A DNA stretch of 64,000 nucleotides, taken from positions 4,288,001 through 4,352,000 of the forward strand of contig OZ251518.1 of assembly GCA_965242965.1 (NCBI GenBank), given 5' to 3'. Origin of the DNA: Candidatus Poribacteria bacterium (GTDB taxonomy: Bacteria; Poribacteria; WGA-4E; WGA-3G). Each line of letters begins with the position of its first letter. The first letter of the stretch is position 1. Shown piece by piece: positions 1 through 8,940 of this stretch. The notes below the pieces were generated by a model. The model saw only the letters and a program-made list of their open reading frames with translations. It did no database searches and was not told where the DNA came from. Made by a program: the position numbers and the translations under genes.

Positions 1-42
1 CGCCTTGCGGAGGAAGGAATACCCCTGCCTGACAATGTCACC

Positions 43-678
43 ATGACGTTGGAGGAGTTCCTTGAAAACGATGTAGAGGGGTATGAATACGCTGAGGGGA
101 AATTGGTGCCGAAGCATCCACTCCCTCCCCACTTTGAGCACGAAGGCGTTCCGCCTAAACAGATCAAAATGACGTTGGAGGAGTTCCTTGAAAACGATGT
201 AGAAGGATACGAATACGTCAAAGGAGAATTAGTGCCGATGCCCGGTACATCTAGGGAACACGGAGAAATTAGCGTCAATGTCATTCGGCATTTGGATGCA
301 CATGTTTATCAGCATCAATTGGGACGCTTGTATACAGCGGATACGACGTTCCAAGTCGGGGAACGCGTTATGAAGCCGGATGTCGCATTTGTCGCCACGG
401 AACGCTTGACCGGAGACAAAAAGAAAGGGTTACCGATTCCGCCGGACTTGGCGGTAGAGGTGATTTCGCCATCAGATGTGCTATCTCGCATCGTTGAAAA
501 GGCGTTCAGCTACTTGGCCGCTGGCACCCGAGTCGTCTGGGTTATCGAACCTACCGCGAAAACGGTAACGGTATACCGTTCGGAGACGGACATCACCTTG
601 CTCCAGCGCGACGATACGCTCACCTGCGAAGATGTCGTTGAAGGATTCTCTTGCCCGGTGGCGCAACTTTTTGAATAA
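43..678 (+). CDS. Uma2 (DUF820) family PD-(D/E)xK endonuclease-like protein; may start upstream of the window
   Basis: Motifs YEYVKGELVPMP...H, KPDVAFV, PPDLAVEVISPSD, YLAAGTRVVWVIEP. The frame is open from base 1 and the N-terminal segment is duplicated. Confidence 0.9.
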   Translation: MTLEEFLENDVEGYEYAEGKLVPKHPLPPHFEHEGVPPKQIKMTLEEFLENDVEGYEYVKGELVPMPGTSREHGEISVNVIRHLDAHVYQHQLGRLYTADTTFQVGERVMKPDVAFVATERLTGDKKKGLPIPPDLAVEVISPSDVLSRIVEKAFSYLAAGTRVVWVIEPTAKTVTVYRSETDITLLQRDDTLTCEDVVEGFSCPVAQLFE

Positions 679-681
679 CTT

Positions 682-2154
682 ATGACTACTAACACGCCAA
701 ACATCCTCTGGCTCTGCACAGACCAGCAACGTTACGATACCATCGGCGCGCTCGGTAATCCGCACGTCGCAACGCCGAACATCGATAGCCTCGTCGCGGA
801 AGGTGTCGCCTTTACGCACGCCTACTGCCAGAGCCCGATATGCACGCCGAGTCGCGCCAGTTTCCTCACCGGGATGTACCCGAGTGCTGTTCACGCGAAC
901 GGCAACGGGAACGATTTCTTTCCCGATACCTATCCGCTCGTCACGCGCACGCTTGCAGATGCAGGATACGATTGCGGACTCATCGGCAAACTTCATCTCG
1001 CAAGCGCGCACCGGCGGGTTGAACCGAGAGTGAACGACGGCTACCGCTATTGGCAGTATAGCCACGCGCCACGCGATGACTGGGATGTCGGACACGATTA
1101 TGCGGATTGGGTGCGCTCCAAGGGTTATGTCCTCGGCGAACTGACGCAGGATGCGAGAGGCGTGCCTGCCGAGCTGCATCAGACAACGTGGTGCGCCGAA
1201 AAGACAATTGAGTTCATCCGCGAAGAACGTGACTGCCCATGGCTAGCGAGTGTCAATATCTATGATCCGCACCCGCCGTTCAACCCGCCGCAGACGCATC
1301 GCGAACGGTTTGAGCCGGGGCAAATGCCGCCACCACTCTTCCGTGATAGCGATTTAGAGCAGCATCGGCGATTGCAGAAAGTTGACTTCCAGTCGAAGGG
1401 CAGAACACCCGATAACTTGGACATACGGAGTCCTATCTTGCCGCACGCGCCGCTTTCTCGCGCAGGAACGCGACGCGACGATGGGGCAAATCCAGAACCG
1501 CGCCGAGACGCACAAACCCTCAAAGCCGCCTATTACGCGATGATCCAACTCATTGACGAACAGGTAGGACGGATGCTGGAGGTGCTAGAAGAGACGGGAC
1601 AGCGCGACAACACCCTCATCATTTTCACCAGCGACCACGGTGAAACCCTCGGGGACCACGGGCTTATCCAAAAAGGATGCCGCTTTTATGAGGGACTCGT
1701 GCGGGTGCCGCTTATCTTCTCGTGGCCAGGGAAAATCGCCAGCGGCCTGAAAAGCGACGCGCTCGTTGAACTTACCGACAAAGCACCCACGTTGTTGGAA
1801 GCGGCGGGATTACCCGTGCCAGGCTGGATGCAAGGCAGAACGCTCATACCTATCCTCACCGGCACCGCGGATGCAAGCCATCACCGTAATTTCGTTCGAT
1901 GCGAATACTACGATGCGGTTAATTTACCAGACCACTCTTTCGCAACGATGTATCGGGATGAGCGTTACAAGTTAGTAGTGTATCACGGACACGAAGAGGG
2001 GGAACTCTACGATTTGGCGGCGGACCCGGGTGAGTTTGATAACCTCTGGCATACCCCGGAGAATCAGGCTCTTAAGTTGGAGTTGTTGAAGCGCAGTTTT
2101 GATGCCTCCATGTTCGCCATGGATAGGGGACCACGGCGAGTGGGGCCGATGTAA
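682..2154 (+). CDS. Sulfatase (formylglycine-dependent, choline-sulfatase/arylsulfatase-like)
   Basis: PNILWLCTDQQR, CTPSRAS (CxPxR), GKLH, PHPP, SDHG, ELYDL..DP.E..NL. Confidence 0.93.
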   Translation: MTTNTPNILWLCTDQQRYDTIGALGNPHVATPNIDSLVAEGVAFTHAYCQSPICTPSRASFLTGMYPSAVHANGNGNDFFPDTYPLVTRTLADAGYDCGLIGKLHLASAHRRVEPRVNDGYRYWQYSHAPRDDWDVGHDYADWVRSKGYVLGELTQDARGVPAELHQTTWCAEKTIEFIREERDCPWLASVNIYDPHPPFNPPQTHRERFEPGQMPPPLFRDSDLEQHRRLQKVDFQSKGRTPDNLDIRSPILPHAPLSRAGTRRDDGANPEPRRDAQTLKAAYYAMIQLIDEQVGRMLEVLEETGQRDNTLIIFTSDHGETLGDHGLIQKGCRFYEGLVRVPLIFSWPGKIASGLKSDALVELTDKAPTLLEAAGLPVPGWMQGRTLIPILTGTADASHHRNFVRCEYYDAVNLPDHSFATMYRDERYKLVVYHGHEEGELYDLAADPGEFDNLWHTPENQALKLELLKRSFDASMFAMDRGPRRVGPM

Positions 2155-2166
2155 ATCGAAACAACA

Positions 2167-2943
2167 ATGATGCTTAAACCCAACACTATCCATTGCGGCG
2201 ACGCGTTTGAGCTCCTTGAATCGGTGGAAGATGCATCGGTAGATGTGATTGTCTGCGATGGTCCTTACGGTGTAACGCACCATGCGTGGGACAAAATCGC
2301 CTCAATTCAGGAGTTTAACCTCACGCTGATTGAACGTTTCACACCGAAGTTGAAAGAGGGCGGCGCACTCTATCTCTTCGGGAAACCGGACTGCGTTGAC
2401 TTCATTGACTATCGGCAGTTCTTAACGCTGCGCGCGAAGATCGTCTGGTATCAACCCAGTCGGCTGGCGCAAGGCAGGATTAACTACACGAATAACTACG
2501 ACATCATCTGCTATTTCATCAAAGGCAAACGCCCGCGGTGCTATAACCTTGATGAGATTCGGGTGGAGCAACTTGTAGAATTAGCACATCGGCACCGGTG
2601 CGAACGGGTGCCTTCTGTCGCAGATGGCACGTTTGGGAAAACCAAATTCAATGCGAAGGGGAAGAATCCGGGCGATGTCTGGGGCGATATTAAGCAGTTG
2701 ACTTACAAATCAAAGGAGCTCGTCAGCAGAGAGATGCTCAACACGATTCAGAAGCCTGAGAAGTTGATTGAGCGGCTGGTGTTAGCGAGTTCATCACCGG
2801 GCGATTTGGTGTTGGATCCGTTTGCTGGCGTAGGCACGTGTCCTGTCGTCTGCAAGCGGCACCTTCGGAATTTCATCGCTTTTGAGATTGAACCCGATTT
2901 CGTGAAAATAGGGCGAGCCCGGCTTAGCAGCATCCGCTGCTAA
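2167..2943 (+). CDS. Orphan site-specific DNA methyltransferase (N4/N6, beta class)
   Basis: N-terminal DGPY (motif IV variant), NPGDVW, QKPEKL, C-terminal DPFAGVGT (motif I). Confidence 0.88.
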   Translation: MMLKPNTIHCGDAFELLESVEDASVDVIVCDGPYGVTHHAWDKIASIQEFNLTLIERFTPKLKEGGALYLFGKPDCVDFIDYRQFLTLRAKIVWYQPSRLAQGRINYTNNYDIICYFIKGKRPRCYNLDEIRVEQLVELAHRHRCERVPSVADGTFGKTKFNAKGKNPGDVWGDIKQLTYKSKELVSREMLNTIQKPEKLIERLVLASSSPGDLVLDPFAGVGTCPVVCKRHLRNFIAFEIEPDFVKIGRARLSSIRC

Positions 2944-2944
2944 C

Positions 2945-3320
2945 CGTAGGCGAGGGCCCTCGGATGCCACACGCGCATCCGAGCGGGTTCCCCTCGTCAG
3001 CGTTGGGTATCGCTAGAGATCGCGGGGGACAGGCCCCCGCGCTACGGTAACGGGACGGTTTTTGAGCCGAAGAACGGCCCCTCCTCACCGTAGGGCGAGC
3101 GATCGCGGGGGACAGGCCCCCGCGCTACGGTAACGGGACGGTTTCTGAGCCGAAGAACGGCCCCTCCTCACCGTAGGGCGAGGGCCTGTCCCTCGCCATG
3201 CTGCGGGCTACCGAACGATCGCGGGGGACAGGCCCCCGCGCTACGATAAAAAAATCCCTTTCACCGTAGGGCGAGGGCCCTCGCATGCCACACGCGCATC
3301 CGAGCGGGTTTCCCTCGCCA
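2945..3320. repeat. Cluster of GTAG-capped REP-like hairpins including a ~83-bp tandem duplication
   Basis: GTAGGGCGAGGGCCTGTCCCTCGCC and inverted CGCGGGGGACAGGCCCCCGCGCTAC units; the block GATCGCGG...CCGTAGGGCGAG is repeated at ~3018 and ~3101. Confidence 0.85.
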
Positions 3321-3378
3321 ACTTTAGACGCGACAAAAAAGGCAAATTTGCCTCTTGGACTGCATTGGAGAAGAAAAA

Positions 3379-4203
3379 ATGCAACGAAAATTTATTTTTT
3401 GTTTGACTTTTTTGCTGCTTTTTGGTATTATTAATGCCAACGATGCAGCAGTAGAAGTCGGCTTTATTTATCTTGGCGAGAAAGGACCGTTTACGTCGCC
3501 TGCGTTGGAATTTGCCGAAAAGGCATTCCAAACCACGCAGCTGGCGAAGAATGACCTGAAGAGCAACACGTTTAAACAGTACGGAGTCGTCTGGTGGCAC
3601 GAAGGCGACAGCGACCCGGGTGAATTGTCCAACGCGGAAATCGATGCGTTCGTGGACTATGCCGAAAGCGGCGGTGCTCTCCTCTTAACGGGATGGGCAA
3701 TTCGTTACGCTACGCCGATGGGACTCGAAAAAGCGGAAGCGCGCGCATTCGGGCCCGTTGCAGAAGATGGAGTTAACGTCGGCATTACCGTACTGAAAGA
3801 GACGGTCGAACTTGGATTAGTAGAGGGCCTTGAGAACCTTGATGGGAAGGCACCGCAGATCGACGATAGAATTCAGGTTAATTCCACCGGCTTTCCGAAA
3901 AGCGGCGACTACTACGACAAAATTTGGAAGGATTTCATTACCCTCGCCAACGCTTGGGGTCCGCCCGCGAATGACTGGGGCGACAGGATTGCCGCCTTCG
4001 GCTACTGGGAAGCCGGCGATGGGAAAGTGTTCAATATGAACTGGCGGCTCCCGAACTATCATAAGAACAACAAGGATATCGAACAACTGGAACGACTTAC
4101 CGAGAACGTTATCAATTGGTTAGCAAGTGAATCTGAATTCGCTGACGTATCCCCCGGCGGCAAGTTGCCGATAGTCTGGGGGAATTTGAAAGACCGGAAG
4201 TAG
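3379..4203 (+). CDS. Secreted protein (possibly class I glutamine amidotransferase-like/ThuA fold) with C-terminal KLxxxWGxxK motif
   Basis: Signal peptide; YAESGGALLLTG motif; ends VSPGGKLPIVWGNLKDRK; GGAG RBS upstream of ATG 3379. Confidence 0.6.
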   Translation: MQRKFIFCLTFLLLFGIINANDAAVEVGFIYLGEKGPFTSPALEFAEKAFQTTQLAKNDLKSNTFKQYGVVWWHEGDSDPGELSNAEIDAFVDYAESGGALLLTGWAIRYATPMGLEKAEARAFGPVAEDGVNVGITVLKETVELGLVEGLENLDGKAPQIDDRIQVNSTGFPKSGDYYDKIWKDFITLANAWGPPANDWGDRIAAFGYWEAGDGKVFNMNWRLPNYHKNNKDIEQLERLTENVINWLASESEFADVSPGGKLPIVWGNLKDRK

Positions 4204-4279
4204 GGAGACAGGGACATGTTTTCAAAAAAACGGAGCAAGCGCGCCGGGCATGTCCCGACTCACCTATTTGGAGGATACC

Positions 4280-6751
4280 ATGAAACCTAGGTTTAAGTTT
4301 GTCGCGACACTCCTCATCGCCTTCGCCTGCTGTTTGGCGTTCCAACTGACGAGTTGGAGTGAAATGGAGGCGGCGAGTGTCAAAATCCCGAAAATTACAG
4401 CGTTGAAGGTGCATCCGAAGTCGCTGACGCTGGAGCATGCACGCGATGGCCGCCGCGTGCTCGTGTCAGGCAGAACAACGGATGGACGTTGGGTCGATGT
4501 GACGCATTGGGCAGTTCTCACGCCTTCTTCCGCGGGAGTGCAGGTGCAGGAAGATGGCTCTATCTATCCGATGGCCGTCGGCACGACGAACATCGCCGTT
4601 ACCCTCAAAAACCTCAGCACCGATTTACCGGTGAACGTCAAGAGCATGGAGTCACCGCCGGTGAGTTTCGTGCGGGATGTCATGCCGCTGCTGAGTCATG
4701 TCGGCTGCAACAACGGCACGTGTCACGGCGCAGCGAAGGGCAAAAACGGGTTCAAACTCTCTCTGCGCGGCTATGACCCGGATTTTGACTACGAACTCCT
4801 CATTGAGGACATCTCTGGACGGCGTTTCAATCGCGCGTTCCCGGAACAAAGCCTCATGCTGCTCAAGCCGACATCCGAAGTGCCGCACAAAGGCGGACAA
4901 GTGATTGTCCCCAATTCGCGCGACTACGAACTGATTCGGCAGTGGATAACGGAAGGCGTTGTCTCTGATGTGAAAACCACACAGCGTGTTGAACGGTTAG
5001 AGGTGCTGCCGACTTCCGCCGAGTTGTCCATGCCCGGCGCGAAGCAGCAGCTTATCGCCATCGCGCACTATCCCGATGGGACGACGCGCGATGTCACCCG
5101 CGAGGCGAAGTTCACCAGCAGCGTCAATGAAGTCGCGAAAGTGACAGATGCTGGCGTTGTCACCGCTGAACGGCGCGGCGAAACCGCCATCTTGACAAGG
5201 TATGAAGGCGCGTATAGCACCAACGGCATCATCGTCATGGGAGACAGAAGCGGCTATCAGTGGGTGAAAACGCCGGAACACAACTACATCGATACGCACG
5301 TGCATAACAAACTCAAGCGGATGAAGATTCTGCCCTCGGTCCTCTGCACCGATGAAGAGTTTGTGCGGCGTATCTATCTCGATCTGACAGGGCTGCCGCC
5401 GACACCGGCGCAGGTTCGGCATTTCTTATCAGACAAAACCGCTTCAAAGGCGAAGCGCGAGCAGTTAATCGATACACTCGTGGAAACGCCGGAGTTTGTC
5501 GATCATTGGACGCATAAATGGGCAGATCTGTTGCAGTCAAACCGGAAGTTCCTCGGCGAGCGCGGGGTGTGGCTTTTCCAGCAGTGGATTCACGAATCCA
5601 TCGCGCAGAATCGTCCTTATGATGAGTTCGTTCGTGAACTGATTACGGCGAACGGAAGTGTATACAGCAACCCTGCCGCCAGTTATTTCCGGGTATCACG
5701 TGAATATACGGATGCAGTGGAGAACACGACGCAACTCTTTTTAGGTGTGCGGTTCTCGTGTAATAAATGCCATGACCATCCGTTTGAGAAATGGACGCAG
5801 AACCAGTATTATGAATTCGGCGCGTTCTTTGCAGATGTCAAAGTCAAGCCGGGGCAGCTGCCCGGTGATGAGGTAGTCTACGCCAGTTATACCGAAACGC
5901 CGGTGAAACATCCCCGAACGTTGGCGGTGATTGAACCGTCTGTGCCGTTCGGCGAAGTGGATGCAGACGCGGATAACAAACGGGAGGCTTTAGCCGAGTG
6001 GCTCACTGCCACGGATAATCCTATGTTCGCGCGCGCTGGCGTAAATCGGCTGTGGAGTTATTTCATGGGACGCGGCATAATTGAGCCTGTCGACGACATC
6101 CGCACCAGTAACCCGCCGACGAACCCGGAACTGCTTGATGCGTTAACGAAGGATTTTGTGGAGAGCGGCTTCGATCTGAAGCATATCATGCGGACAATCG
6201 CGCGCTCCCGAACCTATCAACAGAGTATCAAGACGAACAAGTGGAACGAAGCGGATAAAATCAATTTCTCCCACGCTGTCGCGCGGCGTTTGACAGCCGA
6301 GCAGCTGCTCGATGCCATTGGCGTGGCGACAGGGAGCCGGCCGCGATTTGAAGCGGTGCCGAAAGACTTCAGAGCCGTTCAATTGCCCGATAGCAAGGTG
6401 AAAGACGACGGCTTCTTGAAACTCTTTGGCCGTCCTGAGCGCGAGACTTCATGTGAATGTGAACGCACCACCGAGGTCAGCCTCGCGCACGCAATGAACC
6501 TGATTAACGGGCCGACAGTCGCGGACGCGCTCATCGACCCGGGCGGACGCATCGCGAAACTATTGAAGGCAGAAAGTGACAACAAAACCGTCGTTGAGGA
6601 ATTGTATCTCGCGACGCTTTCTCGGTTACCACAGGAGAACGAATACGCCGTAGCGGTTGAACATCTCGCGAACGCCGAATCGAAAGAAGAAGGCGCGCAA
6701 GATTTGTTGTGGGCACTGATTAACAGTCCCGCGTTTCTATTCAATCGTTAA
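4280..6751 (+). CDS. DUF1549/DUF1553 (PSD1) Planctomycete-type protein with Ig-like (Big_2) domains
   Basis: VSFVRDVMPLL..GCNNGTCHG..GKNGFKLSLRG, FVRRIYLDLTGLPPT, CNKCHDHPFEKW, VNRLWSYFMGRG, LWALINSPAFLFN. Confidence 0.9.
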   Translation: MKPRFKFVATLLIAFACCLAFQLTSWSEMEAASVKIPKITALKVHPKSLTLEHARDGRRVLVSGRTTDGRWVDVTHWAVLTPSSAGVQVQEDGSIYPMAVGTTNIAVTLKNLSTDLPVNVKSMESPPVSFVRDVMPLLSHVGCNNGTCHGAAKGKNGFKLSLRGYDPDFDYELLIEDISGRRFNRAFPEQSLMLLKPTSEVPHKGGQVIVPNSRDYELIRQWITEGVVSDVKTTQRVERLEVLPTSAELSMPGAKQQLIAIAHYPDGTTRDVTREAKFTSSVNEVAKVTDAGVVTAERRGETAILTRYEGAYSTNGIIVMGDRSGYQWVKTPEHNYIDTHVHNKLKRMKILPSVLCTDEEFVRRIYLDLTGLPPTPAQVRHFLSDKTASKAKREQLIDTLVETPEFVDHWTHKWADLLQSNRKFLGERGVWLFQQWIHESIAQNRPYDEFVRELITANGSVYSNPAASYFRVSREYTDAVENTTQLFLGVRFSCNKCHDHPFEKWTQNQYYEFGAFFADVKVKPGQLPGDEVVYASYTETPVKHPRTLAVIEPSVPFGEVDADADNKREALAEWLTATDNPMFARAGVNRLWSYFMGRGIIEPVDDIRTSNPPTNPELLDALTKDFVESGFDLKHIMRTIARSRTYQQSIKTNKWNEADKINFSHAVARRLTAEQLLDAIGVATGSRPRFEAVPKDFRAVQLPDSKVKDDGFLKLFGRPERETSCECERTTEVSLAHAMNLINGPTVADALIDPGGRIAKLLKAESDNKTVVEELYLATLSRLPQENEYAVAVEHLANAESKEEGAQDLLWALINSPAFLFNR

Positions 6752-6838
6752 CGTCGCGGTAGGAGAATTCAACCTGTAAGGGCGGATGTAGAAATCCTCC
6801 CTTACAACCGCTCCTATCATCACGGAGGCAACAACATC

Positions 6839-8284
6839 ATGTTATCGTTATCACAGATTCCCGGAAGACTGTGTGACGGATTTTCACGTCGCGAATTTCT
6901 ACGCGTCGGTGGTGCGGCGATGCTCGGCATCAGCCTACCGCAAGTCCTGTCACTCCAAGCGCAAGCGAATACGGCAGTCGATCCTTCCAAGCCGCTCAAC
7001 GGTTGGGGGAAAGCCAACGCTGTGATCCTCCTCTTTTTGCAAGGTGGCCCTAGCCATCTTGATATTTGGGATCCGAAGCCGAATGCGCCCTCGAACATCC
7101 GAGGCGAATTCAATCCGATTCCGACGAATGTGGACGGCATTCAATTGTCCGAGACGATGCCGCGTTTGGCACAGCAGATGGACAAGGCGTGCCTCATCCG
7201 CTCGGTAAGTTACACGCCGGCGGGGCTTTTCAACCACACGGCGGCGATGTATCAGATGGTGACAGGCGAAACGCCAGATAAAGTCGCGCCATCGGGACAG
7301 CTGGATCCGCCTTCACCGGCAGACCATCCGAATGCGGCGGCGCACATCGCGAACTTCCGTCCGCCGGATGAACCGATGCTGGCCGCAGTGCAACTTCCGC
7401 GTCCGATGCAGGAGAGCAATATCATCGGCAAGGGTGGAAACGCGGGGTTCCTCGGTAGAGCCTACGATCCCTATTTCCTCTTCCAAGATCCGAATGAGGA
7501 TATTAACTTGGACGATTTAACGTTGCGTCCAGAGGTGCCGCCGGTGCGGTTGAAGCGGCGGAAAACCTTGCTGGAGACGATTAACGCCGGCATGCCGGAA
7601 ATCGACAAGGTTGCGGATTCTTATGCCTTGAACGAGTATTATGAGAAGGCTTACAATCTCATCTTGTCGCAGCGGGCGCGGAATGCGTTTGACTTGTCGC
7701 AGGAACCCGATGAGATGCGCGATAAGTATGGACGGCATACGTTTGGACAAAGTGCGCTCCTCGCGCGGCGGTTAGTGGAGGCAGGCACTCGCTTCGTGCA
7801 GGTGAACTGGCCCTCTGTCGCTAACGGCGATCCGAACACGACGGCATGGGATACGCACGCGACGAACTTCGGTCCGCTGAAAAATCTGCACTGTCCGAAG
7901 TTGGATAGCGCAGTCTCCTCGCTGCTGGAGGACCTGCATCAGCGCGGCATGTTAGACGAGACGCTGGTCTTGGCTATAGGCGAGTTCGGACGTTCCCCGC
8001 GGATGGGTGTCAGCACCTCTGGAAATAGCAACGCGCCCGATGGCCGCGATCATTGGCCGTATTGCTACACCGGGCTGATTGCAGGCGCGGGTGTGAAAGG
8101 CGGACAGGTTTACGGGAAGTCCGATGCAACCGGCTCAACACCGCTTGAGAATCCGGTGAATCCGCGCGACATCCTCGCCACTGTCTACCATACCCTCGGC
8201 ATCGATCCGCACACCATTGTGTTCAATCACTTGGAGCAACCGCGCGAATTGGTGAAAGGCGAACCGATTGCGGGGATTTTCTAA
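6839..8284 (+). CDS. DUF1501 domain protein (Tat signal)
   Basis: SRREFL twin-arginine motif, GGPSHLDIWDPKP, LLARRLVEAG, WDTH, GEFGRSP, GRDHWP. Confidence 0.92.
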   Translation: MLSLSQIPGRLCDGFSRREFLRVGGAAMLGISLPQVLSLQAQANTAVDPSKPLNGWGKANAVILLFLQGGPSHLDIWDPKPNAPSNIRGEFNPIPTNVDGIQLSETMPRLAQQMDKACLIRSVSYTPAGLFNHTAAMYQMVTGETPDKVAPSGQLDPPSPADHPNAAAHIANFRPPDEPMLAAVQLPRPMQESNIIGKGGNAGFLGRAYDPYFLFQDPNEDINLDDLTLRPEVPPVRLKRRKTLLETINAGMPEIDKVADSYALNEYYEKAYNLILSQRARNAFDLSQEPDEMRDKYGRHTFGQSALLARRLVEAGTRFVQVNWPSVANGDPNTTAWDTHATNFGPLKNLHCPKLDSAVSSLLEDLHQRGMLDETLVLAIGEFGRSPRMGVSTSGNSNAPDGRDHWPYCYTGLIAGAGVKGGQVYGKSDATGSTPLENPVNPRDILATVYHTLGIDPHTIVFNHLEQPRELVKGEPIAGIF

Positions 8285-8304
8285 GGTTTCGCTTCATTCT
8301 GCAT

Positions 8305-8650
8305 GGCGAGGGAAACTTGTCCCTCGCCATGCTCATCCGCATCGGTAGGAGAGACCTCCTGGTCTCGATGCATGCACTATCGGGACAGGGATGTCCCGCC
8401 TACCGGAAGAGGCACTATCGGGACAGGGGCTGCCGATAAGGTTTCGGTTCAACCCGTAGGGTGAGGGCATGTCCTTCACCATGCTTCGCTGCATCAGTAG
8501 GAGAGACCTCCTGGTCTCGATTTCTTCCGCTGCAGAGAAGCATGCCATATCGGGACAGGGATGTCCCGCCTATCGGAAGAGGCGTATCGGGACAGGGATG
8601 TCCCGCCTACCGGAAGAGGCGTATCGGGACACGGATGTCCCGCCTACGGG
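8305..8650. repeat. REP-like cluster with 37-bp tandem units
   Basis: ATCGGGACAGGGATGTCCCGCCTACCGGAAGAGGCGT occurs about 4-5 times, plus GTAGGAGAGACCTCCTGGTCTCG units. Confidence 0.85.
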
Positions 8651-8679
8651 AATTATCTGATTATTTTCGGAGAAGCTCT

Positions 8680-8940
8680 ATGAAGAAGTTCGTGTTGAAC
8701 ATCCTTCTTGGGACTATTGGAGGTATCTGCGGCTCCATCATCTATCCATTTATCAAACATTGGGACCCGCTCATACTTGGGGGCTCAGTGTCGTGTGTTG
8801 TGGTGCTATGTATGGGGCTGTCGATCAAATTTGATGAGGACGAAACGCCACGCGAGTCCTTCGCAGCGTTTAAGGCGCGCAAGATGCGAGAGAAAGAGTT
8901 GAAGAAGCGTCACCAACAAAAGGAAAACGAAAATGCATGA
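8680..8940 (+). CDS. Small two-TM membrane protein, hypothetical
   Basis: GGAG RBS, two hydrophobic segments, charged tail; overlaps the start of the next gene. Confidence 0.55.
   Translation: MKKFVLNILLGTIGGICGSIIYPFIKHWDPLILGGSVSCVVVLCMGLSIKFDEDETPRESFAAFKARKMREKELKKRHQQKENENA

Noticed and set aside
481-1179. Long antisense ORFs in the six-frame track (this and many others)
   Set aside because: They lie opposite well-supported genes in GC-rich DNA and lack domain motifs.
8378-8650. 37-bp periodic repeats resembling a CRISPR array
   Set aside because: The intervening sequences are themselves repeated rather than unique spacers, the unit is a REP hairpin also found at 61460-61630, and there are no cas genes.
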